A stretch of DNA of 35,714 bases from an uncultured Candidatus Saccharibacteria bacterium (GCA_964373495.1 CAYJUW010000002.1:1-35714), one strand, 5' to 3'. Shown: positions 22,127 to 33,878, numbered from the stretch's first letter. The notes: generated by a model from the letters alone, not told the origin. Made by a program: numbers and translations.

Positions 22127-23278
22127 ATGCCCCGCCAACACTTTGGGGTCATCGCCAAAGCTGCCCTCCGGCTCCACAAGAAATCTGGAGGGAAGTTTGC
22201 CATTGCCTCCAAAGTGCCGCTCCGCGGGCCGGCGGACCTAAAGCTCGTCTATACCCCGGGCGTCGGCGCGGTGAGCTCGTTTTTGGCAAAGCACCCCGAC
22301 GAGCTCCGCAGCTACACGATGAAGGGTAATAGCGTGGCCGTGGTTTCCGACGGCTCGGCGGTGCTGGGACTCGGGAACATTGGACCGGCGGGCGCCTTGC
22401 CGGTCATGGAGGGCAAGTGCCTGCTCTTCAAGAAGTTTGCTAATATTGATGCCGTCCCTATCGTGCTTGCCACGCAAAATGTCGGCGAAATCGTGCGGAC
22501 GGTAAAGGCGATCGCGCCCGCATTCGGCGGCGTGAACCTCGAGGATATTGCCGCGCCGCGTTGCTTTGAAGTTGAAGCGCGATTGAAACGGGAGCTTTCG
22601 ATTCCGGTCATGCACGACGACCAGCATGGCACGGCAATCATTGTCCTGGCCGGGCTCATGAATGCACTCAAGGTTGTGAAAAAGGAAATAAGAAACTCGA
22701 AAATAATCATTAACGGCGCGGGTGCGGCTGGCACTGCGACGGCAAAATTGATTCGTCTCGCCGGAGGCCGCAACATTGTTATGTGTGACCGGCAGGGCGC
22801 TATCTACCGCAGCCGACGCGGACTCAATAAATGGAAACGCGAGCTTGCCCGGATGACGAATCCAAAGAATGAGCGCGGCGACCTCGCGACCGTCATGCGC
22901 CACGCCGATGTTGTCATCGGCGTCTCCGGACCGAACCTTGTGAGCGAACCCATGGTGCGCTCGATGGAGAAAGATGCAGTCATCTTTGCGCTCGCCAACC
23001 CCATCCCGGAAATCATGCCCCCGCTCGCCCGCCGCGCCGGTGCGCTCGTCATCGCCACCGGCCGAAGCGATTTCCCGAACCAGTTGAATAATTCGCTCGT
23101 GTTCCCCGGCGTGTTCCGCGGCGCGCTCGATAACGGTGTACGCGCCATCACCGATGCAATGAAGCTGAAGGCGGCCTACGCCATTGCCGCGCTCGTCCCC
23201 CGCCCCACCTCAACGAGAATCACGCCCGGCATGTTCGACCGCCGGCTCGTCAAAGCCGTAGCCGCCGCAATCCGATAG
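22127..23278 (+). CDS. NAD(P)-dependent malic enzyme (short, MaeB-N-type)
   Basis: LKLVYTPGVG, VVSDGSAVLGLGNIG, PVMEGKCLLFK, GGVNLEDI, INGAGAAG. Confidence 0.9.
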   Translation: MPRQHFGVIAKAALRLHKKSGGKFAIASKVPLRGPADLKLVYTPGVGAVSSFLAKHPDELRSYTMKGNSVAVVSDGSAVLGLGNIGPAGALPVMEGKCLLFKKFANIDAVPIVLATQNVGEIVRTVKAIAPAFGGVNLEDIAAPRCFEVEARLKRELSIPVMHDDQHGTAIIVLAGLMNALKVVKKEIRNSKIIINGAGAAGTATAKLIRLAGGRNIVMCDRQGAIYRSRRGLNKWKRELARMTNPKNERGDLATVMRHADVVIGVSGPNLVSEPMVRSMEKDAVIFALANPIPEIMPPLARRAGALVIATGRSDFPNQLNNSLVFPGVFRGALDNGVRAITDAMKLKAAYAIAALVPRPTSTRITPGMFDRRLVKAVAAAIR

Positions 23279-23292
23279 ACCAGCCGCATCCC

Positions 23293-23336
23293 GGTGTTAA
23301 CTTCAATTGACCGATCGGTCAATTGAAGTTAACACC
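23293..23336. repeat. 44-nt perfect palindrome GGTGTTAACTTCAATTGACCGA|TCGGTCAATTGAAGTTAACACC
   Basis: 22-bp arms with no mismatch. AT-rich relative to its surroundings. Lies 15 nt after the malic-enzyme stop and 76 nt before the pheS ATG. Confidence 0.9.
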
Positions 23337-23411
23337 TGCGAGGCCTCAAGGATTACCGCGCAGGCGGTATTTTCAGTTGTGTTGGCGAGTGCTTTTCCAT
23401 ACAATCAGCGT

Positions 23412-24476
23412 ATGCTCGATGAGCTCAAGAAAATCGAGTCTGCGGCACACGCAGAGATAGGGGTACTCAGGACTCTCGCGGAGCTCGAGGAGCGCCGTAT
23501 TCAATTTTTGGGACGCGAGCGCGGGGCGCTGACCGTAATTCTCCGCCGGCTGAAGGACCTGCCGGCGAGTGAGCGGGCGGCCATCGGCGAGGAGGCCAAC
23601 CGCCTGCGAAAGCGCATCGAATCTCTCCTCGCCGAGCGCGAAGCAGAGCTCAAGCGAACGACCATCGAATCGGTGCTCAAACGCGAGCGCCTCGACGTCA
23701 CGAGGCCGGGCAAAAAGCCGGAGCGCGGCCATTTGCACCCTATTACCCAGATCCGGCGCAAACTCGAAGCAATCTTCGCCTCCATGGGGTTCAGCGTGGT
23801 CGAAGGACCGGAGGTAGAGCTCGAGTACTATAATTTCGATTCACTCAACCTCCCCGAGACGCACCCTGCTCGTGAGATGCAGGATACGTGGTGGCTCCGC
23901 CACCCACCGGTCACCTTCCGCAAGGGCGGCCGCACGATCCAGAGCCGACTACTCCTTAGAACCCAAGTGACCGCCATCCAAGTCCGCTACATGGAACGGT
24001 ACAATCCCCCGCTCCGCATCATTATGCCCGGCTACGTGTATCGGCGCGAGGCGACCGACGCGTCCCACGAGATGCAGTTCACCCAGATGGACGGCCTGAT
24101 GGTAGACCGCAAGGTTTCACTCTCAAACCTCAAGGGGATCATGACCATGGTCATGCGCGAGCTCTTCGGCAAGGATATCAAGCTCCGGCTCCGCGCCGGG
24201 TATTTCCCGTTCGTTGAGCCCGGCGTGGAAATGGACATGGAGTGCATGGCTTGCCGGCAGAAGGGCTGCTCCGTCTGCCAGCGTACCGGCTGGATCGAGG
24301 TGTTCCCCGGCGGGGTGGTCCATCCCAACGTCTTCCGCGCGGCCGGATTGAACCCGCGCGGGTGGCAAGGCATCGCCTTTGATTTGGGCCTCGATCGCCT
24401 GGCCATGATGAAATACAAAATCCCGGACATCCGGCTGTTCCATTCGGGCGATTTGCGATTTCTGAGGCAGTTCTAA
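23412..24476 (+). CDS. pheS: Phenylalanine--tRNA ligase alpha subunit
   Basis: HPITQIRRKLE, FDSLNLPETHPAREMQDT, LLRTQVT, GYVYRRE, FTQMDG and GIAFDLGLDRLAM. Confidence 0.92.
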   Translation: MLDELKKIESAAHAEIGVLRTLAELEERRIQFLGRERGALTVILRRLKDLPASERAAIGEEANRLRKRIESLLAEREAELKRTTIESVLKRERLDVTRPGKKPERGHLHPITQIRRKLEAIFASMGFSVVEGPEVELEYYNFDSLNLPETHPAREMQDTWWLRHPPVTFRKGGRTIQSRLLLRTQVTAIQVRYMERYNPPLRIIMPGYVYRREATDASHEMQFTQMDGLMVDRKVSLSNLKGIMTMVMRELFGKDIKLRLRAGYFPFVEPGVEMDMECMACRQKGCSVCQRTGWIEVFPGGVVHPNVFRAAGLNPRGWQGIAFDLGLDRLAMMKYKIPDIRLFHSGDLRFLRQF

Positions 24477-24480
24477 ACTC

Positions 24481-26613
24481 ATGCGCTTCTCGTACAACTG
24501 GCTCAAGGAGCTGGTGAAGTTCAAAGAATCACCCCAGGCGCTCGCGGAGCTCCTGACCCTCCGCTCCTTCGAAGTGGAGGTGGCGGGCAAGGTTGGGGGC
24601 GATTGGTCGCTCGAGGCGAAGATCCCCACCAATCGCATCTCGGACGCGGCGAGCCACTGGGGGCTGGCCGGGGAAATTGCTGCCATCAAATCCACGCCGC
24701 GGGCCACCCAAGAAAGCCACACACTGCCGAAGAGCACGCCGGCTCGCATCCCTGCGGTTAAAATCAAGGTCGCAGCGCCGGCCATCTGCTCACGCTACAC
24801 ATCGCAAGAACTCGAAATCGACGCGCTCGAGACATCTCCGAAGTGGATGAGAGATCGGCTTGCCACCTGCGGCTTCCGGTCCGTCAATAATGTGGTTGAC
24901 GTTACGAACTACGTGATGCTCGAAACCGGCCAGCCCCTGCACGCCTTTGACCTGGATAAAATCATCGGCCGCAGGATAACCATTCGGCTGTCCCGCGCTG
25001 GCGAAGAGCTCACCACCCTCGATGGAACGCGCCACCGCCTCCCGGCCGGTGTAGCCGTCATCCAGGATGCGGAACGCCTCATTGACCTCGCCGGAATCAT
25101 GGGCGGGGAGAATTCAGCCGTATCCGGGAAAACGCGCCGCATCCTCCTGCAGGCGGCGACCTTCGACCCCATCCGCACCTACCGCTCCATGCGCGCGCTC
25201 GGCTTCTCCTCCGAGGCCGCAAAGCTCTATGCGGCGGGCATTGACCCCAACCGGACCGCACCCGCGCTCGAGCGCGCGGTAGCACTCCTCCGCGAGATCG
25301 CCGGTGCAACGCCGTCAAGTCGGCCCATGGACCTCTACCCCCGCAGAGTTCGGCCGCGGAAGATCCGCTTCCGGCCGGATTACGCGAGCCAGATGATTGG
25401 CGAGCGCATCAGCCGCGCGTTCTACCAAACCCTCTGGCGGCGCCTGGGTTTCAAAGCACAGGAGCAAGGCGGCAGTTGGTTGCTCGAAATCCCCACTGAA
25501 CGCCGCGACATCCAAATCGAGGAGGATCTCATCGAGGAGGCCGCCCGGCTCTTTGGGTACGAACAGCTCCGCCAAGAACCGCCCCACGCTCCGCTCGCGC
25601 CCGGCGGGACCAACGAGGAGCGGGCGTGGGAGGAGCGCATCCGCGATACGCTCGTTGGCGCGGGGTTCACCGAAGCGCACACCTACACGTTCGTCGGGCC
25701 AGCGACCTTAGGGCACTTCGGCGCCTCTCCGACCGACCTGCTCGAGCTGGAAAACCCTATGGGTCCCGAAACCCGCTACCTCGGCGCCCATCCGGCCCAG
25801 CAGTATCTCAAGATTGCCGCCGAGAACCTCCGGCGCTTCGAGCGCGTCGCGATCTTCGGGATCGCCAAGGGCTTCAAGCGCGCGGCACGGCCGTCGCCGA
25901 AGAAGCCCGCCTTTGCGAAAGCTCCGGCGGACAAGCCGGCGGAGGAGCGGAAGTATCTGGTGATGGTGAAGGCAACCCGTTCGACAAGCTCAGGGCAGGC
26001 AAAGAGAGCAAAGGATACAAAGGCAAATGAAAGTGAAACGTTCTACGAGGTGAAGGGGACGCTCGATTCATTGTTTGAATCGCTCGGCATTGCGGACCAT
26101 TGGTATGATGATGCCCTGACGCCGGCCGAGCGGGAAAAAACCGTAGCGCTCCATCCCTACCGAACAGCAAAAGTGATGATCGGCGATGAGTTCCTCGGCG
26201 TGGTGGCCGAGCTCCATCCCGCGGTACAGCAACGACTCAAATCAAAAGCACGGCTGGTGTTTTCGCACATTGATTTTGAGAAACTCTGGAAGTTAGCGAG
26301 GGCCGAGGCCGAATTCAAGCCCATGGGCAAATACCCGGCGGTTATCCGCGACATCGCCGTGATCGTGCCGGAGGATACCAAGGCCGACGACGTGGAAGGC
26401 GTGATCCAGAACGCCGGCGGCGCGCTCCTTGCGGACTCCGATCTCTTTGATTACTTCCAGGACGAAGCCATGACCGAGCGCAGCGAAAAATCGCTGGCGT
26501 TCCATTTGGTGTTTCAATCGTCGGAGCGCACCCTTACTGACGGGGAGGTGAACCGAATCTATAAAAAGATCGTCTCGGCGGTGAAACGCGAGGATTGGGA
26601 GGTGCGGGAATAG
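24481..26613 (+). CDS. pheT: Phenylalanine--tRNA ligase beta subunit (with low-complexity K/A/P-rich insert)
   Basis: MRFSYNWLKELV opening, B3/4 block NNVVDVTNYVMLETGQPLHAFD, a B5 block and a C-terminal FDX-ACB-like tail. Confidence 0.92.
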   Translation: MRFSYNWLKELVKFKESPQALAELLTLRSFEVEVAGKVGGDWSLEAKIPTNRISDAASHWGLAGEIAAIKSTPRATQESHTLPKSTPARIPAVKIKVAAPAICSRYTSQELEIDALETSPKWMRDRLATCGFRSVNNVVDVTNYVMLETGQPLHAFDLDKIIGRRITIRLSRAGEELTTLDGTRHRLPAGVAVIQDAERLIDLAGIMGGENSAVSGKTRRILLQAATFDPIRTYRSMRALGFSSEAAKLYAAGIDPNRTAPALERAVALLREIAGATPSSRPMDLYPRRVRPRKIRFRPDYASQMIGERISRAFYQTLWRRLGFKAQEQGGSWLLEIPTERRDIQIEEDLIEEAARLFGYEQLRQEPPHAPLAPGGTNEERAWEERIRDTLVGAGFTEAHTYTFVGPATLGHFGASPTDLLELENPMGPETRYLGAHPAQQYLKIAAENLRRFERVAIFGIAKGFKRAARPSPKKPAFAKAPADKPAEERKYLVMVKATRSTSSGQAKRAKDTKANESETFYEVKGTLDSLFESLGIADHWYDDALTPAEREKTVALHPYRTAKVMIGDEFLGVVAELHPAVQQRLKSKARLVFSHIDFEKLWKLARAEAEFKPMGKYPAVIRDIAVIVPEDTKADDVEGVIQNAGGALLADSDLFDYFQDEAMTERSEKSLAFHLVFQSSERTLTDGEVNRIYKKIVSAVKREDWEVRE

Positions 26614-26624
26614 CTGAGATATAA

Positions 26625-26852
26625 ATGTCATACCAGTACACCTATCTCATCTGGAACGGGATCTTCCTCCTTATCTGGTTGATTCTCTATCTCTGGCGGA
26701 AAGATATCCGGCGAGAAATGTCGAGGGTGAGCATTTGGGAAAAATTTCCTTGCCGCGGGGCTGTAATTTTGCTACTATGGGAATGTCATGAGAGCCTCAA
26801 CCATCGTCAAAACCACGAAGGATTACCTGCTCCTCAAGGTGCCACTGCCTAG
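26625..26852 (+). pseudogene. Possible truncated membrane-protein gene (only the first ~33 codons look native)
   Basis: MSYQYTYLIWNGIFLLIWLILYLWRKDIRREM is TM-like. The remainder is low-quality sequence that overlaps the antitoxin ORF. Confidence 0.25.
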
Positions 26853-27003
26853 GGGCTCCCATTTTGCGGTGGGGCCGGTGCGGCAGAACGGACGATTGAC
26901 GCGGGCCGAAAAGTGGCTCTGGAAGATCATCCAGGAGGGTGAGCGGGAGTACCGAGAAGGGAAGCTGAAGCCGATCCGGTCGCTGCGCGAGCTTATGCGC
27001 TAG
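26788..27003 (+). CDS. Putative antitoxin (71 aa) of the adjacent RelE/ParE-type toxin
   Basis: Small ORF ending 8 nt before the toxin ATG, which is classic TA geometry. No family-level motif recognised. Confidence 0.45.
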   Translation: MRASTIVKTTKDYLLLKVPLPRGSHFAVGPVRQNGRLTRAEKWLWKIIQEGEREYREGKLKPIRSLRELMR

Positions 27004-27010
27004 CTTCCCC

Positions 27011-27360
27011 ATGTCCATTCGGACGATCTACCCGACCTCGCGGTTCAAAAAATCCTTCCGCCGTTTGCCCCGCGAGATCCAAGAACGGGCCGCCCGGCGT
27101 GAGGAGATATTCGTCGCCGACCCCTTTGATTCACCCCGTTACAACCGGGCGTCCCATGCTTCACCCCGTTAGATAGTTTATCTAACGGGGCAAGGGCCGG
27201 GTTGTAACGGGGTTCACGGCTGGATACCCACAAGACAAAAGGGAAACTGAAGGGGTTCTGGTCGTACTCCGTGGACTTCCCCTGTCGAGTCCTTTTTCGT
27301 TTTATAGATCAAGAAACGGTCATCTACTACGACGTCGGTGGTCATTCGATCTACCGCTGA
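27011..27360 (+). pseudogene. RelE/ParE-family toxin gene disrupted by an 83-nt palindromic insertion
   Basis: The N-part MSIRTIYPTSRFKKSFRRLPREIQERAARREEIFVADPFDS runs into a TAG inside the repeat. The C-part LDTHKTKGKLKGFWSYSVDFPCRVLFRFIDQETVIYYDVGGHSIYR* is in another frame. Deleting 27135-27217 fuses them into an 88-aa ORF. Confidence 0.75.
27135..27217. mobile_element. Nested palindromic repeat insertion (copies 3 and 4), MITE-like, flanked by TTCAC/TTCAC
   Basis: Outer arms are CCCCGTTACAACC (27134-27146) and GGTTGTAACGGGG (27200-27212). Inner palindrome is CCCCGTTAGATA-GTT-TATCTAACGGGG (27164-27190). TTCAC occurs at 27130-27134 and 27213-27217. Confidence 0.7.
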
Positions 27361-31143
<3,783 letters not shown>

Positions 31144-31145
31144 AA

Positions 31146-31171
31146 GCCATCCGCCGCATGCGGCGGATGGC
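31146..31171. terminator. 26-nt perfect palindrome GCCATCCGCCGCA|TGCGGCGGATGGC between convergent genes
   Basis: Starts 3 nt after the gyrB stop. No strong T-run. Confidence 0.5.
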
Positions 31172-31178
31172 AACCGGA

Positions 31179-31454
31179 TCAGCGCCTGCCCTGCCTGAGG
31201 AGCGTGGTGATGCACGCTATGGTGAAACACAGAAGGAGAATATCCACGCTCCCCAGCACCCGATTACCGTCCGCAAAGGCGGCCCCGCTGCCCATCCCGA
31301 ACGCGACCACCGCAATCAGGTGCACCACGCGGGTCAGCGGCGTACGCACCCCATGGAAGGTAATGGAAATCCAAAGCGCTATTCCGGCCAAAATTCCGGC
31401 GATGGTAAAGAGCCAAGGAACGAATGAGTGCATCCATACCCTCCTGGCGGGCAC
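31179..31454 (-). CDS. Small three-TM membrane protein, hypothetical (start 31454 or 31433)
   Basis: Hydrophobic helices FVPWLFTIAGILAGIALWI, VVHLIAVVAFGMG and ILLLCFTIACITTLL. Confidence 0.45.
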   Translation of the reverse strand: MPARRVWMHSFVPWLFTIAGILAGIALWISITFHGVRTPLTRVVHLIAVVAFGMGSGAAFADGNRVLGSVDILLLCFTIACITTLLRQGRR

Positions 31455-31456
31455 GC

Positions 31457-31485
31457 TTGACGCCCGTCATTGCCATGCCTATACT
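31457..31485 (+). promoter_or_regulatory. Near-consensus promoter TTGACG-17-TATACT upstream of secE
   Basis: -35 at 31457-31462 and -10 at 31480-31485. Lies 48 nt before the secE ATG. Confidence 0.6.
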
Positions 31486-31532
31486 ACCACGGAGATCACC
31501 AGAGGCCCACAGGCCTTTTAAAAAATCTCAGA

Positions 31533-31718
31533 ATGTTCTCCCGCATCATTGCGTTCTTCAAGGAAGCCCGCATAGAACTGAAGAAAGTCACCTGGCCGAC
31601 GCGGCGCGAAACTCTGCGCTACACGCTCGCGGTCGTCGTGATGAGTTTGGCCGTGGCCGCGTTTTTGGGCGGGCTCGATTTCGCATTCACGTTTCTCTTG
31701 AATACGTTTGTCCTGTAA
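31533..31718 (+). CDS. secE: Preprotein translocase subunit SecE (61 aa)
   Basis: FFKEARIELKKVTWPTRRE followed by a single TM. Conserved position before nusG. Confidence 0.85.
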   Translation: MFSRIIAFFKEARIELKKVTWPTRRETLRYTLAVVVMSLAVAAFLGGLDFAFTFLLNTFVL

Positions 31719-31808
31719 TGTGGCGCCCATTTTGCGAATTTAATGCCTATCCCTGTGGTGAGCTGCGCCGAACCATACAAATTGCGAATCGGATTCGCAT
31801 ATTCGCCA

Positions 31809-31840
31809 GATTGGCATAAGATTTGTAGATTGGCATCATA
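31809..31840 (+). repeat. 32-nt repeat GATTGGCATAAGATTTGTAGATTGGCATCATA, copy 1 (upstream of nusG)
   Basis: Identical to 32470-32501. Contains a possible -10 (TAAGAT), with TTCGCA 17 nt upstream. Confidence 0.85.
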
Positions 31841-31856
31841 GTGCGCGAAGCGCGAT

Positions 31857-32402
31857 ATGCCTAAGCAAACATCCGAATTTGGAAGAAATTGGTACGCCGT
31901 GCACACCTACTCCGGCTATGAGGACGCCGTGGCCCGGAATCTGCACCAGCGCATTGAGTCCATGGGCATGGAGGACAAAATTTTCAGCGTGCTGGTCGCG
32001 ACCGAGAAGAAAATCCGGATCAAAAACGGCAAGCGCCGGGTCGTGGAAGAAAAAATCTACCCCGGCTACGTGCTGGTGGAGATGATCGTGTCCGACGATT
32101 CCTGGTACGTGGTGCGCAACACCCCGCGGGTGACCGGCTTTGTCGGCTCCGGCACCACGCCCACGCCGCTCTCCCCGGAGGAGATAGCCGAGCTCCAGAA
32201 GCGCATGGGCGTGGCGGAACCGAAGTTCCAGATTGAGGTCTCCCCCGGCGATCCGGTGAAAATCATTGACGGCCCGTTCAAGGAGTTCGACGGCAAAGTC
32301 GCGGATATAGACGAGGAGAAGGGCAAGGTCAAGGTGCTGGTTTCGATGTTCGGCCGCTCAACCCCTGTGGAACTGGATTCGTTGCAGATTAAAAAGCTCT
32401 AA
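31857..32402 (+). CDS. nusG: Transcription termination/antitermination factor NusG
   Basis: WYAVHTYSGYEDAV, PGYVLVEM, and KOW block GDPVKIIDGPFKEFDGKV. Confidence 0.92.
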   Translation: MPKQTSEFGRNWYAVHTYSGYEDAVARNLHQRIESMGMEDKIFSVLVATEKKIRIKNGKRRVVEEKIYPGYVLVEMIVSDDSWYVVRNTPRVTGFVGSGTTPTPLSPEEIAELQKRMGVAEPKFQIEVSPGDPVKIIDGPFKEFDGKVADIDEEKGKVKVLVSMFGRSTPVELDSLQIKKL

Positions 32403-32444
32403 GCATATGATGCCAATCCGATGCGAATTGAATGCTAATCTACC

Positions 32445-32464
32445 AATTGCGAATATTCGCAATT
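32445..32464. repeat. 20-nt perfect palindrome AATTGCGAATATTCGCAATT at the centre of the nusG-rplK spacer
   Basis: Read directly. A related TGCGAATC-G-GATTCGCA occurs upstream of nusG (31783-31799). Confidence 0.8.
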
Positions 32465-32469
32465 CGCGT

Positions 32470-32501
32470 GATTGGCATAAGATTTGTAGATTGGCATCAT
32501 A
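32470..32501 (+). repeat. 32-nt repeat GATTGGCATAAGATTTGTAGATTGGCATCATA, copy 2 (ends 3 nt before the rplK ATG)
   Basis: Identical to 31809-31840. Its last 13 nt are the inverted partner of TATGATGCCAATC at 32406-32418. Confidence 0.85.
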
Positions 32502-32504
32502 CTG

Positions 32505-32933
32505 ATGGCAAAGCCCATCAAAACCATACTGAAGCTCCAGCTACCGGCCGGCTCGGCGACCCCGGCGCCTCCGGTGGGCACTGCGTTGGGGCCGCACGGA
32601 ATCAATATCGGCGATTTCGTCAAGCGCTACAACGAGGCCACGGGCAAGATGCAGGGCGACATCGTGCCGGTGGAGGTCACCATCTACGAGGATCGGAGTT
32701 TTGATTTTGTTTTGAAAACGCCGCCGGCCTCAGACCTATTGCGAAAAGCCGCGGGCATCGAGAAGGGTTCGGGCGAGCCGCATAAAACAAAGGTCGGCAC
32801 GGTGACCCGCGAGGATATTAAGAAAATCGCCGAAAAGAAAATGCCCGATCTGAACGCCGAATCAATCGAAGCCGCGGAAAAAATCATTGCCGGCACCGCC
32901 CGGAGTATGGGGATTGAGGTTGTGGAGCGCTAA
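32505..32933 (+). CDS. rplK: 50S ribosomal protein L11
   Basis: [26 protein letters not shown] and the rest are collinear with L11. Confidence 0.93.
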   Translation: MAKPIKTILKLQLPAGSATPAPPVGTALGPHGINIGDFVKRYNEATGKMQGDIVPVEVTIYEDRSFDFVLKTPPASDLLRKAAGIEKGSGEPHKTKVGTVTREDIKKIAEKKMPDLNAESIEAAEKIIAGTARSMGIEVVER

Positions 32934-32947
32934 GCGCGCCAGCAGGT

Positions 32948-32987
32948 AAAAAGCCCGTCCTGCGTTATTCCGCAGGGCGGGCGTTTT
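32948..32987. terminator. Bidirectional rho-independent terminator between rplK and the dcd-like gene
   Basis: AAAAA-GCCCGTCCTGCG-TTATTC-CGCAGGGCGGGC-GTTTT. Confidence 0.75.
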
Positions 32988-32997
32988 CGGCTTCGGC

Positions 32998-33696
32998 TCA
33001 GCGCTGGCCGCTGAACTGCGCGCCGGGCTTCTTGAGGTACGGCCGCTCTGCCGGCGAGGAGAGTTGGATGAAGTGGACCGGCGCGAACTGAAGGCCGGGG
33101 TAGAGGTTGAAGGCAAAGAGGCCGTCGTTCTTCACCTCCAACGTCGGATGGCCGCACCAGCCGGGATGGAACACCGGCGAGGAGACGTGCACTGAAACCC
33201 CAGAACGCGCAATCTTGCTCCGGCCACCGATCTGCATCTGGAGGTCGTAGGGAACACAGACGAACTGCTTGGTATGGGCAAGAACCAGCATCCCCGGCTG
33301 GAGTTCGAACGCCTCCTCGTCTTTGAGAACAATCCGCTTGCGCGAGTCGTCCACAATGTCAACCGGCCGCACGCGCTCAAGACGCTTCGACTCACCGCTG
33401 TAGCGGAGGTCAATGGTGAAGCGGCGGATAACCGGCCGATCGTTCACCCGGACCAGCTCGAACGGCATGTCCGACGCTTCGATGACGTTCCCAAAGGCGA
33501 GGTCCATGGTGTCGGCGTCGAACCATTCGTCGGGCGGAATTTCGTTGATGACGATGGTGCCAGGCGTCGCCGCCAGCGCCTCCTCAAGCTCCTTGGGCGG
33601 TTCACGGCGCGCGACGCGCGCAAGAAGATCGTCCGGGAGCCCGAGCTCTGCGACGGTCTTGAGGCGTTTCCTGAGATCACGATCCGAAAGAATCAT
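32998..33696 (-). CDS. dcd: dCTP deaminase / dUTPase-superfamily protein with ~30-aa N-terminal insert
   Basis: MILSDRDLRKRL opening. GGRSKIARSGVSVHVSSPVFHPGWCGHPTLEVKNDG matches the Dcd core (GRSSLAR…H…G…TLE..N). GGGAGGAG precedes the ATG at 33696. Confidence 0.75.
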   Translation of the reverse strand: MILSDRDLRKRLKTVAELGLPDDLLARVARREPPKELEEALAATPGTIVINEIPPDEWFDADTMDLAFGNVIEASDMPFELVRVNDRPVIRRFTIDLRYSGESKRLERVRPVDIVDDSRKRIVLKDEEAFELQPGMLVLAHTKQFVCVPYDLQMQIGGRSKIARSGVSVHVSSPVFHPGWCGHPTLEVKNDGLFAFNLYPGLQFAPVHFIQLSSPAERPYLKKPGAQFSGQR

Positions 33697-33726
33697 GGCG
33701 CTCCTCCCTCGTGTGTTGGGTTTTCC

Positions 33727-33750
33727 TTGAAGGTACTGTTGAAGGTACTG
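33727..33750. repeat. Tandem 12-mer TTGAAGGTACTG x2 in the divergent promoter region
   Basis: Exact duplication, 31-54 nt upstream of the dcd-like ATG. Confidence 0.8.
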
Positions 33751-33800
33751 GCGGGACCTGCGTAGAACCACCGTAGCGAACACATTACTGAACGTCAAGG

Positions 33801-33828
33801 TTGACAGAGCGGCTGATCGCGCCATATT
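33801..33828 (+). promoter_or_regulatory. Promoter TTGACA-16-CATATT for the zinc-ribbon/thyA-like operon
   Basis: -35 at 33801-33806 and -10 at 33823-33828. Lies ~50 nt upstream of the ATG at 33879. Confidence 0.6.
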
Positions 33829-33878
33829 GTGGTAGGCACACCACTCTGGACGACAAGAAGGCGAGAAGGAGGTGCGGC

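Noticed and set aside
23279-23411. T-box or leader-peptide attenuator upstream of pheS
   Set aside because: The leader is only ~130 nt. No T-box sequence, specifier-loop architecture or Phe-rich leader peptide could be seen.
32998-33696. dCTP-deaminase-family gene as a nucleotide-depletion anti-phage defence gene
   Set aside because: The protein is short (232 aa), with only a small insert and no additional sensor or kinase-like domain. It is paired divergently with a thymidylate-synthase-fold gene, so a metabolic role is more parsimonious. This remains untested.
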